64,000 bases of DNA, taken from contig CBDAOC010000020.1 in assembly GCA_965197925.1 (NCBI GenBank), positions 640,001-704,000 on the forward strand. The letters are read 5' to 3'. The translations under genes were made by a program, and so were the position numbers. Below are positions 34,848 through 50,764 of this stretch, one piece after another; position 1 is the stretch's first letter; each line of letters opens with the position of its first letter. The notes below the pieces were generated by a model. It did no database searches and had not been told where the DNA came from. It was given only the letters and a program-made list of their open reading frames with translations. The stretch comes from Nitrososphaerales archaeon (GTDB taxonomy: Archaea > Thermoproteota > Nitrososphaeria > Nitrososphaerales > UBA213).

Positions 34848-35037
34848 CTGAGAGAGGGAAGATGAGTTTAGCGTAACAGTTTGGCGGCGTCTGTAATTAG
34901 TAATGGGTATGGTATCCATTCGATGCGTTCCAGACCTCCAGTTGCGCTAACAATATGGAGATTCAATGGAGAATTGAATCTGACGATGGTCACATATTCA
35001 CACTAAGCCCGGCCGTACTCTCTTTAATTGTACTGTG

Positions 35038-36504
<1,467 letters not shown>

Positions 36505-36660
36505 TAGTTTAGTACTGCCGGGCATGTAAAGAACATGTGATCATATATGTAAGATGCAAGTCTACATGAAAATGTAGGCTGAAGGACGAAGTGGATAGTG
36601 GCTACTATTCATGATTATCGCCGTGTATAACCGCGTAAGTTCCAGGGTTACTGGTGCAAA

Positions 36661-39700
<3,040 letters not shown>

Positions 39701-40288
39701 GATAACCCTGGAGCGCAATGGTTATACGCGGCGAACAATTTTATTTAATTGGTTCCTAATGTAAATTGAGTTTCTATTCAGGTAAATGTTTTATAATCAA
39801 ATATTGTGCAACCATCATCATGTTATAAAGAAGTATACATTAAACATTTTTTTTATGCTTAGTATATCATATGTATGATTAGGGAATCGGTTGATTTTTG
39901 GCACATCGTCAGAATATGGCAGGGATAACATAGTTCAATACGGTGTAGAATTTGTCATATTGCTTATCTTTGAAAGAAGTATAGGCCTCGTTGGTTAGTT
40001 CGAAATTACAGAAATTTATTAAAGAATATTTTCAAATCTGAACTTCATATTAATACGCCCAGAATGCGGAATATTCTTTATCTTCTTTGCATTGGTAAAA
40101 CCATAATATTTTACTATTAAACTCATCTGTGAAAGATCAAATTACAATGAATTCCTCAGATCATTAATATCCTATTAATTCTCCTTATGGAAATTTTAGG
40201 AGTTCTGGGTTCACTTTCGAGTTTTCATATGTCACTAATGTAACATCGCTAGGCGTTTGTAAAGATTTCAATTTAAATATCGACATTT

Positions 40289-40657
40289 TTACAGGTATTT
40301 TACAGGTATATCTCCTTCATTACGCTTTTCCATCACAATTTTTGCTTTTTCCCTGGCGTTTATATATTCATTGTATAAACCTTCAAGGACACATAAATAC
40401 GCGTCGTAATTCTTTGTTACGGTATTGTTATTGTACAAATAATTATCACGTAAATTTTCTAAACCATTCATTATTAGAGTCAAAATTCCTTTTATGGATT
40501 GTTCTGTTTCATTATTTCCCATGGTATCGTGGATAATTTGGACAAGGGTATCGATCTTCTCATTTAGTGGAAGCACTACCGTCTCCCAGTTTGTAGCGTT
40601 TTCTTTGAGCTTACAGATAATATTTTCAAGTACAAATTCTTTTGGTGTTTGATCCAC
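40289..40657 (-). CDS. Hypothetical helical protein
   Basis: 122-aa ORF with GTG start. No recognisable motif. Confidence 0.45.
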   Translation of the reverse strand: MDQTPKEFVLENIICKLKENATNWETVVLPLNEKIDTLVQIIHDTMGNNETEQSIKGILTLIMNGLENLRDNYLYNNNTVTKNYDAYLCVLEGLYNEYINAREKAKIVMEKRNEGDIPVKYL

Positions 40658-41280
40658 ATCTAGCTAATCTCAATAGGGAATAAAAAAATTGATGTGTAAT
40701 CAAATAATACATCCATGAGATGATTTCCAATTGTTATATTTAGGCTTATAAATGGATTCAAGATTCTTTACGATTACTATATCGATACATAATCAAAGTA
40801 ATTATTTGTATCCCTTGCAGTAATGAATTACTTATGGTATTAAAAAAATTCCTCTTCCTACGCCCACTACTGACAAACATAATCAAAGTCTTCCCCAAGA
40901 GACGAGTAGTTTATCTGCTAGATGTTATATCATGTATACCATTTTCACTGTCCTATGGGAAAATTACTATGTGCTGGACAAACAGAAAGGTCTCTATAGA
41001 CCAAGGATTATAATAACCTCCAAGATTGAAAGGATCACCTCCATATTTTCAAGATTCCCCCTCAGTTTTTGAGATCAATATTTGAGAAACAGTTCAAGAT
41101 TCCTTAAAAAAATATAATTGAACTGAACCGCTAGTCTCTTGAATTAATAAGCTTAAGTTACCCAGATATTTTTACTAATATTGTTAAGATTTTCACATAC
41201 ATTGATATGGCGCTTCTTTTGTATCTAAACTCTGGTTTTTTGCTTCGAACATTAAAATTGTGTTACAGTTCAAAAACATT

Positions 41281-41772
41281 ATGAAGCTATTTTTGTACAT
41301 GTTAAAACAAGATGACCCCAAAAAATGTACAGCAGCTAAACTAGTTAAATTTAAGATAGCAAAAGTAGTACATAGAATATCTCGGAAATCATTAGTGTTG
41401 AACCCATATTCTAGTCTCACTTTGTGTAGGAGAGATAATATATTGAATGATTCAATTACAGCAGTTGATTGTTCATGGAAAATGATTATCAACACATTCA
41501 AGAAAGACTTTCCTGGACTAAACAGGAGGCTTCCATTATTGCTAGCTGGAAATCCAATTAATTACAGTAAATTGGGAAAGCTTAGTAGTGCTGAAGCATT
41601 AGCAGGAGCGTTAAGTATTTTGGGATTTAGCGATCTTGCATTTGAGATAATGAACAAATTCAAATGGGGACATACTTTTCTGGACCTGAATGAAGAGTTA
41701 TTAAAAGATTATTCTAATGCCCAAGATCAAGAGGGAATCCGATGTATAGAAAACGAATACTTCAAATATTAA
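41281..41772 (+). CDS. tsr3: 16S rRNA aminocarboxypropyltransferase Tsr3 (DUF367)
   Basis: QDDPKKCTAAKL, DCSW, RRLPLLLAGNPINY, LSSAEA and FKWGHTFL. Confidence 0.95.
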   Translation: MKLFLYMLKQDDPKKCTAAKLVKFKIAKVVHRISRKSLVLNPYSSLTLCRRDNILNDSITAVDCSWKMIINTFKKDFPGLNRRLPLLLAGNPINYSKLGKLSSAEALAGALSILGFSDLAFEIMNKFKWGHTFLDLNEELLKDYSNAQDQEGIRCIENEYFKY

Positions 41773-41785
41773 TTATTGTAAAATA

Positions 41786-42071
41786 ATGTGCGAGCTAGTG
41801 CGTGGGTGACTGCGGAAGCAGAGGAAACTCCTCCCTCCAAGCAAAGATGCGACCCAGCGATGGGTAACTAGAGATAGTTGGCCACGGAACAGAAAAGAGA
41901 TCCGAGTTAGGGCACCATGATGGCGAAACCTGAGATTCCTAGCAAGGAATGAAACTGCCGACCCGCATGGAGCAAGGCCAAACAGAACCAATGAGTTTGC
42001 TCAAGGTTCAGGTAGGCCGCTTAGCGAAATCCCACATAAAACAAAAGGAGGGTTACGGCTAGCACGCATAT
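41786..42071 (+). ncRNA. rnpB: RNase P RNA
   Basis: P4 signature GAGGAAACTCCTCCCTCC ... AACAAAAGGAGGGTTA, internal ACAGAAA and GAGCAAG motifs, closing helix ATGTGCGAGCTAGT / GCTAGCACGCATAT. Confidence 0.95.
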
Positions 42072-42142
42072 TTAATTCAAATCATATTAAAATTGTTAAA
42101 CTTCAAGAGAAGTCTTATAGGTATCCTTTTGGAATTCTTTTT

Positions 42143-43021
42143 ATGTTTTCTTACAATGAACCGGTGTACAGACCACCTTCTGAAGCAAATTCGTTAATTT
42201 TTCAAGTTACTATTGGGTGTTCCTTCAACAAATGTTCTTTTTGTGATATGTATAGAAACAAGGAATATTTGGAGCGAAGTTGGAAAGATATCAAAGAAGA
42301 GATCGACCTTGCTGCAGGACATCTACCAGAGGCAAAGCGTATTTTTATTGCTGATGGAGATGCTTTAAACCTTTCAACTGAGCGGTTGAAACCGATTCTA
42401 GAATATCTTTACAAGTCATTTCCTCTGCTAGAAAGAGTTTCATGCTATGCCATGCCAAAGAACTTATGGGAAAAATCTGATAAGGAATTAGAGATCTTGC
42501 GTAAGTCCGGACTAACAATGTTTTATTTGGGAATTGAATCAGGCTCAAATACCATCTTAAAGAAAGTGACTAAAGGTGCTACTGCTCGAGGCATAATCGA
42601 TGCATGTCTTAAAGCAAAGAGAAACAACTTCATACTTTCTTGCATGATAATACTTGGACTTGGTGGACGAACCTATACTGAAGAACATATTAGAGAAACT
42701 GCTAATGTAGTAAACGAAATATACCCAGATTATTTGGGCGCGCTTTCATTGTATCTTGAAACTGGAGTGAAGCAGGAGTTTCTAACCAAATTCAAAGAAA
42801 CATTTCACCCTCTAGATGATGATGAGTTGTTGGACGAGGTAGAGCATTTGGTAGAACAAATAAACTCTCCAAAGCCGATTGTATTTAGGGCGAACCATGC
42901 TTCAAATGCCTACTTATTGGGTGGAATTTTGCCTCAAGAAAAACAGAAGATCTTGTATGAAATTTCGGTTCTGAAAGGTAATCCTGAGCTTGCCAGACCC
43001 AAAGAAGTGCGAAGATTTTAG
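42143..43021 (+). CDS. Radical SAM protein
   Basis: YRPPSEA, CSFNKCSFC (CxxxCxxC), LGIESG and FRANHASN. Confidence 0.92.
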   Translation: MFSYNEPVYRPPSEANSLIFQVTIGCSFNKCSFCDMYRNKEYLERSWKDIKEEIDLAAGHLPEAKRIFIADGDALNLSTERLKPILEYLYKSFPLLERVSCYAMPKNLWEKSDKELEILRKSGLTMFYLGIESGSNTILKKVTKGATARGIIDACLKAKRNNFILSCMIILGLGGRTYTEEHIRETANVVNEIYPDYLGALSLYLETGVKQEFLTKFKETFHPLDDDELLDEVEHLVEQINSPKPIVFRANHASNAYLLGGILPQEKQKILYEISVLKGNPELARPKEVRRF

Positions 43022-43038
43022 AATAGGAAAAGCTCAAT

Positions 43039-44100
43039 TTATTTTTTGTTGGCTCGCCATAACACAAATCCTGCAACTGCAGCCATCATACCACCCAAGA
43101 CTGCTAGAACCACAATTGGAAATCCTCCCGTGTATGATTTGCCTGAACCTTCTGGCACATAGTCAAAAACCAATGCACCTTCATCGCTTCCCTGTATGCT
43201 TTCAGTAGCATATCCTGTTATCTGTATAGATGCAGAACTTGGGGGTGTTGTACTTCGGATAGTGTACTGAACGCCATCTATTGTAACATCTAATTTTGAA
43301 ATCTTTTCTCTATGTATCCCTTCACGTATACTGCCTTCACCTAAAGCAAAGAAAGTTATTAGATTTGCGCCTCCCTCCTCAGAAAAGCCATACTGCTCTG
43401 ATTCCCTTATACTCCCTGAAGGATCGAAGAGCCAGTGCCATCTGTCAAGCGAAAGATCCGTGAACTCTCTAAAATCTATTAAGGGCTGGCTCATCACTTT
43501 CATAGCTTCACTATCTTCCATTACCTTCATCACTTCAGGGTGTTTATTATAATAGTAACCAGATGGAAAATTGATTTCGACATCACCATAATTCTTTGTC
43601 TTCAACACTATCGGTTCATCAACATACAACCCTCTCCAATTGAGATCTACTAAGGCACCTTCAGACGATGTGAATCCAGGATTAAGGACAAATCGTGTTA
43701 TCTTAAGCTCCATCTTCAAATTATGCTCCAATACCGCTCTAGTTTCATCAGGCTTTAATTCAGCTTTATATTCAATAATAACATCTTCCACTTTTACAGG
43801 TGACCTCCTCTCTTTAATCAGATTATTATTTATCTTGTCTATTAATTCTTGTACCCCTGGTGTTTCTTTGTCAGCTATGAATTCTATTTTGTCGTTAGCA
43901 TTTTGAAGCAAAGATTGCAGGTTTCCACCATTGGAATACTCTACGTAAACAACGTTTATTGCCTTGAAGAAAGCATCAGCCCTATCATTTTTTGGTATAA
44001 GTAATATGTCCAATTGTACCGCAAAAGCTGGAACCATAGGACTTATTATAAGAATAGATGCCAAAACTACCATCAATAACGGTCCAGCTTCAAGCTGCAC
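43039..44100 (-). CDS. Secreted, C-terminally anchored hypothetical protein
   Basis: Signal peptide ending PAFA. C-terminal TM helix followed by basic tail RANKK. Confidence 0.8.
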   Translation of the reverse strand: MQLEAGPLLMVVLASILIISPMVPAFAVQLDILLIPKNDRADAFFKAINVVYVEYSNGGNLQSLLQNANDKIEFIADKETPGVQELIDKINNNLIKERRSPVKVEDVIIEYKAELKPDETRAVLEHNLKMELKITRFVLNPGFTSSEGALVDLNWRGLYVDEPIVLKTKNYGDVEINFPSGYYYNKHPEVMKVMEDSEAMKVMSQPLIDFREFTDLSLDRWHWLFDPSGSIRESEQYGFSEEGGANLITFFALGEGSIREGIHREKISKLDVTIDGVQYTIRSTTPPSSASIQITGYATESIQGSDEGALVFDYVPEGSGKSYTGGFPIVVLAVLGGMMAAVAGFVLWRANKK

Positions 44101-44221
44101 AAAGAAAAATCTTTGATTCCTTTTTATAAACCTTTAGAGAATTTCGGAGCCTTTTACATTGTCGAGAAAAAAAGTAAGAATTGACAGAAAACTTTATTGA
44201 GATAATTTATGGTTTGAAATA

Positions 44222-45157
44222 TTGGTATTGTTAACAATAATCGCAGGAGGTACTGGTTCTGCTAAACTAATTCGAGGCTTGAGAGCTGTAACAAAAGATT
44301 TTTCCGTAATATGTAATGTAGGCGATAACATTTGGATTCATGGTTTGTATGCGTGCCCTGATATAGATACTATAGTATATGCATTAGCAAATGTACTGGA
44401 TTCAGACAGAGGGTGGGGTATTAATCAAGACTCGTTTGAATTCAACACACAGCTAAAAACTTTAGGTGAAGAATCATGGTTTAAAATAGGTGATAAGGAT
44501 CTTGCAACACATTTGCTTAGAACCAAAATGATTAGAGATGGTAGGGGTTTACTCGAAATAACACAATACATATGCGATAGGTTCGGTGTCACCATAAGAA
44601 TCATACCAGTCACTGAGAATCATGTAGAAACCAGAATTACTACTGACGAGGGAGAAATGCATTTGCAGGAGTTCTGGGTTAAAAAACATGGTAACGGGAA
44701 CGTGAAAGGTGTTACTTATTATGGTGCTAAGAGATCAAAGCCAACTTTACAAGCACTTGATGCTATAAAATTATCGGATATGATCATATTTGCACCAGCA
44801 AACCCTATCAGCAGCATAACACCCATACTTGAAATTAATGGAATAAAAGATATGCTAAAAAAGGTGAAGAATAAATGTGTAGCAATAAGTCCCATCATCG
44901 GAACGAAACCTGTTAGCGGACCAGCTGCAAAGTATATGGAATCGGTAGGCGTGGAAGTATCTCCATATGGAATTGCAAGATTTTATTCTGATGTTATATC
45001 AAGATTTGTGATTCACAAATCAGATGGAAAATATATTGACGCGATCCAGGATCTGGGTATGAGGGTGTTTGATACCGACATAATCATGAATAATCGAAAT
45101 GATGAGAGCAGACTTGCTTCTTACATACTTGGACTGCAAAAAAGTGTATTATATTGA
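44222..45157 (+). CDS. cofD: 2-phospho-L-lactate transferase (F420 biosynthesis)
   Basis: AGGTGSAKL, NVGD, CPDIDT, IGDKDLATH, HLQEFWV and SGPAAK. Confidence 0.96.
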   Translation: MVLLTIIAGGTGSAKLIRGLRAVTKDFSVICNVGDNIWIHGLYACPDIDTIVYALANVLDSDRGWGINQDSFEFNTQLKTLGEESWFKIGDKDLATHLLRTKMIRDGRGLLEITQYICDRFGVTIRIIPVTENHVETRITTDEGEMHLQEFWVKKHGNGNVKGVTYYGAKRSKPTLQALDAIKLSDMIIFAPANPISSITPILEINGIKDMLKKVKNKCVAISPIIGTKPVSGPAAKYMESVGVEVSPYGIARFYSDVISRFVIHKSDGKYIDAIQDLGMRVFDTDIIMNNRNDESRLASYILGLQKSVLY

Positions 45158-45795
45158 ATGTGTTTGCAATAGTGCCTGTAAAAATGCTCGAAAGTAGTAA
45201 GCAAAGACTTTCTTACATTCTAACATCAGGAGAACGTGCAAGGCTGAGTGAAGCGATGTTAATAGATGTTTTAGGTGCATTATGTAATTCTATTGTAAGC
45301 AAGGTGATGGTTGTTAGTAATGATATTAGGGTAATGAAGATAGCGGAGGATTTTGGTGCTTTAATTGTCAAGGAAGAAGAACAACTGGGTGTTAACTCTG
45401 CTATTGCTCTAACAAACAACTTATGCAAGGGCTGTGATGCATGTATTGTTATTCCTCACGATCTTCCCTTTGTACTACCATCAGATATAGACATGATATG
45501 CACTTCTGCAATGGATAAAAGGAGTATTGTGATCACACCATCTCAAAGATTTGATGGAACTAATGCATTACTAAGGAGACCCTCTGATGTAATCGAAACA
45601 CATTACGACGAAGATAGTTATAAACTACATTTAAACAAAGCAAGGGAGAAACATATTTCAGTTAAGATCATTCTAAATAAGAGGTTGATGGTAGATATAG
45701 ATGAACCTGGCGATGTTACACAGATTATGGAAAGTAATCAGGTAACTAAGACCAAGTCTTATCTATTAGAAATCAGATACAACCCTAAGCCATAA
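45154..45795 (+). CDS. cofC: 2-phospho-L-lactate guanylyltransferase
   Basis: AIVPVK..SSKQRLS, DLP, DGTNAL and DIDEPGD. Confidence 0.95.
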   Translation: MNVFAIVPVKMLESSKQRLSYILTSGERARLSEAMLIDVLGALCNSIVSKVMVVSNDIRVMKIAEDFGALIVKEEEQLGVNSAIALTNNLCKGCDACIVIPHDLPFVLPSDIDMICTSAMDKRSIVITPSQRFDGTNALLRRPSDVIETHYDEDSYKLHLNKAREKHISVKIILNKRLMVDIDEPGDVTQIMESNQVTKTKSYLLEIRYNPKP

Positions 45796-45895
45796 CGATA
45801 AATGGAATATTTCTTGAAGAATTGCTAGTAAGTTTTTTAATTAATAATTTATCATGGGCCCTCTCTTATCAACAGTTATGAACTTGTCAAATAAT

Positions 45896-46991
45896 TGAGG
45901 CTTGGGCGTAATTTAGTTCGAAACGATAAGATCAGGTTCCAGTTCATATTGGTAATGTGTTTAGCTCAGACTCCATACTTCTTCGTATATTATTTTTGAT
46001 TGACGTGATTCCTTAGTCAAAACCTAATAAGAAAAGGGGTAAACCCTACTACTATTCTCCTACAGTTATGGTGAGATGCTTCATCGTTAGAGTATGGATA
46101 AGAATACCAAGCAACAATGTGTTACATCAATACTTTTCGATAGACATGCCATACAACAGGAAGGTAATGAAGGCATGTGGTCTTGATAGGTTTCCAGATA
46201 AAAGAACATTCGACAGAAGGTCAAGGCCATATCAATTGACATAAGATCAAGGATAGGTGCTATGGGTATGCTCTTCATAAAAGATGGGTGGTAGACTCAT
46301 TCATAGTATCCGTTGACAGTTCCTTGTTGAAGGCAAAGGGACATGTATGGCACAAATCTAGCATGAAGAAGAATGAAGTGCCACGCTCCGGTATAGATAC
46401 AGATGCTCGATGGGGCTACAGCAGAACCAAGGGATGGGTATTCGGATACAAGATGCATCTAGCATGTAGCACAGGTTCATTGATAGTTCCATTATCAGCT
46501 GATTTCACAACAGCTAACATTACTGATAACAAGATGTATGAAAGCATAACATCTTCATTGCCTACAGGAATGGTAAGGTATGTTGTAGGAGATGAAGGAT
46601 ATGATGATCACAAGTTATGTGATTTCAGCAGGTATAGAGGGCATCCAGTATTCCCATTGGAAAGGTACAAGCATACTACAGATAATAATAGACTGGCATT
46701 GCTGCAGTTCTATAACTCTGAATATGGGCAGCATGTATATTCTCGGAGGAGCATAAGCGTTGACCCATTGATAGAGCATATGAAGGATGTATTTACCATA
46801 GATCCATTGCCAGTTAGAGGATTTGATAAGGTAAGGAGTATAGTGTTGTTATCAGTATTGTTGTATCAGGTAATGGTTTACTACAATCATCTAACAGGAA
46901 GACCATTAAGGGCATTGAAGCACATGTTGGGAAGTTAATCAATCAGAGGCATCAAGTTATTTTTGTTATATGGAATAATGCTCATGCCTCA
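45896..46991 (+). mobile_element. IS element group 5 (IS982/IS4-like DDE transposase, 5' part disrupted)
   Basis: Imperfect TIRs TGAGGCTTGGGCGTAAT / AATAATGCTCATGCCTCA. ORF 46288-46938 contains VDSS, DARWGYS..KGWVFGYKMH and GDEGYD. Confidence 0.85.
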
Positions 46992-47167
46992 GATATCTGA
47001 TGTGTTTCATGACCCTGACCAGGGTCTTGTGTAGATTTCACTGTTTTGGTGAAGACCACTCTCTCAAGATGTTTAGCTTCAGCTAAATTATCAATTGATA
47101 GAGGGGCAATAATCATACCGACTATTAGTAAGCCCACAGCGATTCCACTTATTACCACCTTGTTCAT
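46992..47167 (-). pseudogene. N-terminal fragment of an exported protein truncated by the IS
   Basis: Signal peptide plus STQDPGQGHETHQ, then runs into the IS end. No continuation on the far side of the IS. Confidence 0.7.
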
Positions 47168-47643
47168 TGATCCATTATTCTGTTGATTTCAATTATTTAT
47201 CTTTTGGTAGTGGAAACTCTAGTGCCTAAATTACTAAATCCTCAAAAACCACTTTTCCTCTGGAATATTTGGTTTAGGTTCATCATAATTAACATGGTCT
47301 AGTCTACCATCGATATACATCATCAGTTCTCTTGTCTTTATCTCTATAATACTGGACCATTGATACTTTTTGTTCTTCTATCGATCGCCCTTCTGACTTG
47401 TTTGTCAAGAATATTCTTACAAAATTGGAACCGCTAAAAATAATTTTCTTAACTCATTTATGACTCTGAGCATCTTAATAGATACAAGTATATAGAAACC
47501 ATAAACACGCAGACTCGTCGGGCATTGAATACTATTAGACATCGTGTCCATCTTCAGCTCCCTAACAATTAATTTTTCTTCTTTTGCCTGGTTCCTGAAG
47601 CAATCCTTAGTATTCTTTACCCCTTCATTTGTGAAATCAAGAA

Positions 47644-48326
47644 TCAACAAACAGATATTGTTATCATAAGAGAAACAGTACTATGACCCTCCTTCCCGGC
47701 ATTAACAAAGAACTGGTTATGACCCTTGGAGAGTGGTTCCGTCTCATAAACGTAATTGCCTTTACCATAAGCAGCAACCATGACCGATTTACTGTTAAAA
47801 TTGGTATGCAGAACATCTGGTTGGATAGGATTTTGTAATGAAGTTATGGTAAAGATTATCTCTGCAATTTCGCCTTGATCATAATTGCGTTTAAGATATT
47901 GCAATTTTATCTCAATTGGCAATGGAATAATCATGATGGTATGCTCCCTGCTTACCGAGGCAGTATAATTGCTAGAACCATCGTACTTCATTATCAGGTG
48001 CATGGTTGAGTCTCTTGGATCATACTGTGATGTCTCCCATTTTGCGGTGAAGAATCAGTACTTCCTAGTTTTTGAAGATACTAGTAGATCCTGCCATGAC
48101 GGTTTGTTATCTATAATCTTGATCTCTTCTTTTGCTATACCTTCGCCAGAACCTGCCTCGACCAGAGCCTCCCTGTGACCATAAGTTCATCTCCAATGTG
48201 TGCCACTGTAGCGACACGGTTCAATTTTATAGCAGTTACTTTGGTGGTTACAACTCCAAATGAATTTACACCGGGGAGCAATAGCAAAACTGAAAGTATC
48301 AGTGTTATAAACAAAATCCTTTCCAT
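47644..48326 (-). pseudogene. Exported beta-sandwich-like protein with a frameshift and an internal stop
   Basis: The signal-peptide ORF 48135-48326 shifts near 48165 into the frame of 47644-48003 (VEAGSGEGIAKEEIKII...KY*FFTAKW...MHLIMKYDG). Confidence 0.7.
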
Positions 48327-48594
48327 AATAATAGATATTTTGTTTTATGATTAATAAATCCTTAGCATATTTTTCAATTGTAATTATCAGCTATGAAAAA
48401 TAAGAAAACTGCCTATTGTTGTTACGACATCATAAATCAAAAGATATCATAATTTTGTCAACAACAGATATGTAGCCTAATGAGTTGAGGATAATTTTTC
48501 GAATATCTTACATAGACAATCATCTCTCTGATTTTCTGAATTGCGATGTATCCTGCTTACGAAATAACTATGGTGAATTTTTGTCTCCGAAAGG

Positions 48595-49172
48595 CTACAT
48601 CCACATTTTGCCCTTGTAAAACTTGGTCATAGGACACCCAACACATTCGCCACCATTATCAACAAAGGAATCACATTGATTACATGGATGGTCACCACAA
48701 GGTGGTACCTCCAGTTTCTTGTTAATATCCATATTCGTTCTGAAACCATGTAAACTTTTATGAATTGCTTCTGTCCTTACGTTTTCAATATTCTCATTCT
48801 TTTCGAGGTGTTCCGATACAAAGGAATTCACAAATTGTTTACTCTCTGCGACAACAATCATACACATGCCTTGTTCCCCGTGCAAATAGCTTTCCGTAAT
48901 AATAGGGCATCTCCTGAATTTATCAATTATCTCAATCCCGTTCTTTACATCCATATCTATCTTGGTCATCTTTACACCAAGCGCTTTGGAGTCAAGACGT
49001 ACAATTGACTCGCTTAGCATACCATTATTCCCAAGTTTTCGCAGTCTACCAGAAATAGCGGGTTGTGTTAAGTGAATTTTTTTGCAAGTTCAACCTGATT
49101 AATTTTTGGTTGCTTGCTAAGAGTATTCAGTATAAGGGTATCAGTATCGTCGAGGATCTCAATCTTTCTAAT
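48595..49172 (-). pseudogene. Lrp/AsnC-family regulator with Cys-rich C-terminus, frameshifted in an A7 run
   Basis: ILDDTDTLILNTLSKQPKINQVELAKK | IHLTQPAISGRLRKL. The T7 run at 49077-49083 is one base short. C-terminus CGDHPCNQC...CVGCP. Confidence 0.8.
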
Positions 49173-49676
49173 TTATATCTTATTAATGATGTCAGGATAC
49201 ATATATGTTTACTAATTTCTCAAATTGTTTTCTTATATATTATAAGACACTACTGACTATTTTTTAGGACATTCTACTTTGCTAAAAATGATTTTGGAGT
49301 TGTTAATCTGTCACTAACTTCTTGGATAATAATATTTGAGCAGATAGGGACCTAGCTTTTTTTCCTTCCGTATATCAATTTACGAGTCACGTTTTTTGAA
49401 TTCTTATCGTAATGTGTAAGAATTTCATAAACGCGTAGGTCAGAAGGTGTGACCTTCAAGAGAATGATGATGAGTTTAATAAAAGGAAAGAGAATAAATC
49501 ATTTTTCATGCGATGTTGAAATATGATTAACATTGTATTTGAATTTAACATCAAAATCAAGCCCATTAGCCTAGTTACTGAGTAATCAATCAACAATAAA
49601 AAGACCCAATGTAAAGTATATGGAGCTTCTCATTGTCAAATTTGATATTCGTAAGTCAATATATTAAGAGCGTACT

Positions 49677-50141
49677 ATGATAGTTCGGATGTTGACGGTA
49701 AAAGATCTCATGACAAAAGGTGTAATCACAATCGATTTGAATACTAATACCATGGATGCGGCTAAACTTATGAAGGAAAAAAGAATAGCTTCCCTTGTTG
49801 TAACAAAAGGAAAGACCCCACTTGGAATTGTTACGGAAAGAGACTTTGTAAGGCCTATATGTACAGAGAATTTACAGAGTAAGAGTACAAGGTTAGAAGA
49901 TATCACATCCTCTCCTCTCATAACTGTTGATCCCAATGCCAGTATAGAAGATGTGGCAACAATAATGACAAAGAATGAAATCAGGAGAATTGTAGTGACA
50001 AAAAATAATACCGTTATGGGTATATTAACAGCCACTGATCTTGCTGCTTATCTTGTAACACATAAGCGTGGAGTGAAACAGGTTATCCTTGCATTAACAC
50101 GCAATGTGAAGGTAGGGGATAGATACCTATTTGGAGCATGA
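49677..50141 (+). CDS. CBS-domain pair protein
   Basis: TVKDLMT, GIVTERD and GILTATD. Confidence 0.92.
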   Translation: MIVRMLTVKDLMTKGVITIDLNTNTMDAAKLMKEKRIASLVVTKGKTPLGIVTERDFVRPICTENLQSKSTRLEDITSSPLITVDPNASIEDVATIMTKNEIRRIVVTKNNTVMGILTATDLAAYLVTHKRGVKQVILALTRNVKVGDRYLFGA

Positions 50142-50143
50142 GT

Positions 50144-50731
50144 TCAGGTTCGAAATATCCTGAAACTCCTTATTTTGTTTGTCTCAACAAATGCATTTAT
50201 TTCATCAACAATGGAAGAGAGGGGTTTAAATGGTTCCTTCACAAAATCGTCCTGCACAAAAACAGTAAATCCTTTGCAGAGATCAGGTAATTCGTAGTAA
50301 TTACCAAAAATGAGCCATATGTTGGTCTTGTTGGGCTGTACCTTTAATAGTCTATCAATATGCATATTGATTATATTTGTGTCAAGGTTTTTTTCGAAGG
50401 ATATTACAAGCGTTCGTGTCGGATCAAATCGTAATTGCTTAAGTGTAGGTATTACCAGATCAATTTCTAAATCATTGTGATATTTGACCTTACGTTCACT
50501 AGGTATCATAGTTATACTGAGGAAATAATGTATCAATACTTCATTAAGATCCCCGTATATCCTGAACTTGACTGAATCGGTTTGGAAATTCAGTAACTTC
50601 ATACACCTACTATATATTTCCTTTATTATCGAGGGAACTTGTGAAGGTTTTGAAACAATGGTTGATTCTATCTTATCCTTGTCCATATCGGCCAACACGT
50701 TGTAAAAAATTCCTTTAGCGTCGACTTTCAT
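50144..50731 (-). CDS. Hypothetical protein
   Basis: 195-aa ORF co-oriented with the cyclase. SERKV....EIDLVIP is weakly PD-(D/E)XK-like. Confidence 0.65.
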   Translation of the reverse strand: MKVDAKGIFYNVLADMDKDKIESTIVSKPSQVPSIIKEIYSRCMKLLNFQTDSVKFRIYGDLNEVLIHYFLSITMIPSERKVKYHNDLEIDLVIPTLKQLRFDPTRTLVISFEKNLDTNIINMHIDRLLKVQPNKTNIWLIFGNYYELPDLCKGFTVFVQDDFVKEPFKPLSSIVDEINAFVETNKIRSFRIFRT

Positions 50732-50764
50732 ACGACATGTTTCTTTTTGTTCTTACTTTTAAAT

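Noticed and set aside
39879..40286. Protein-looking minus-strand frame starting right after the 40289 ORF
   Set aside because: About 7 internal stops in 136 codons is close to what random AT-rich DNA gives, and no family motif is recognisable.
41032..41042. GGATCACCTCC, identical to the 16S 3' end
   Set aside because: An 11-bp match with no further rRNA similarity and no credible downstream ORF on the minus strand.
41773..41991. 72-aa minus-strand ORF
   Set aside because: Antisense to the RNase P RNA.
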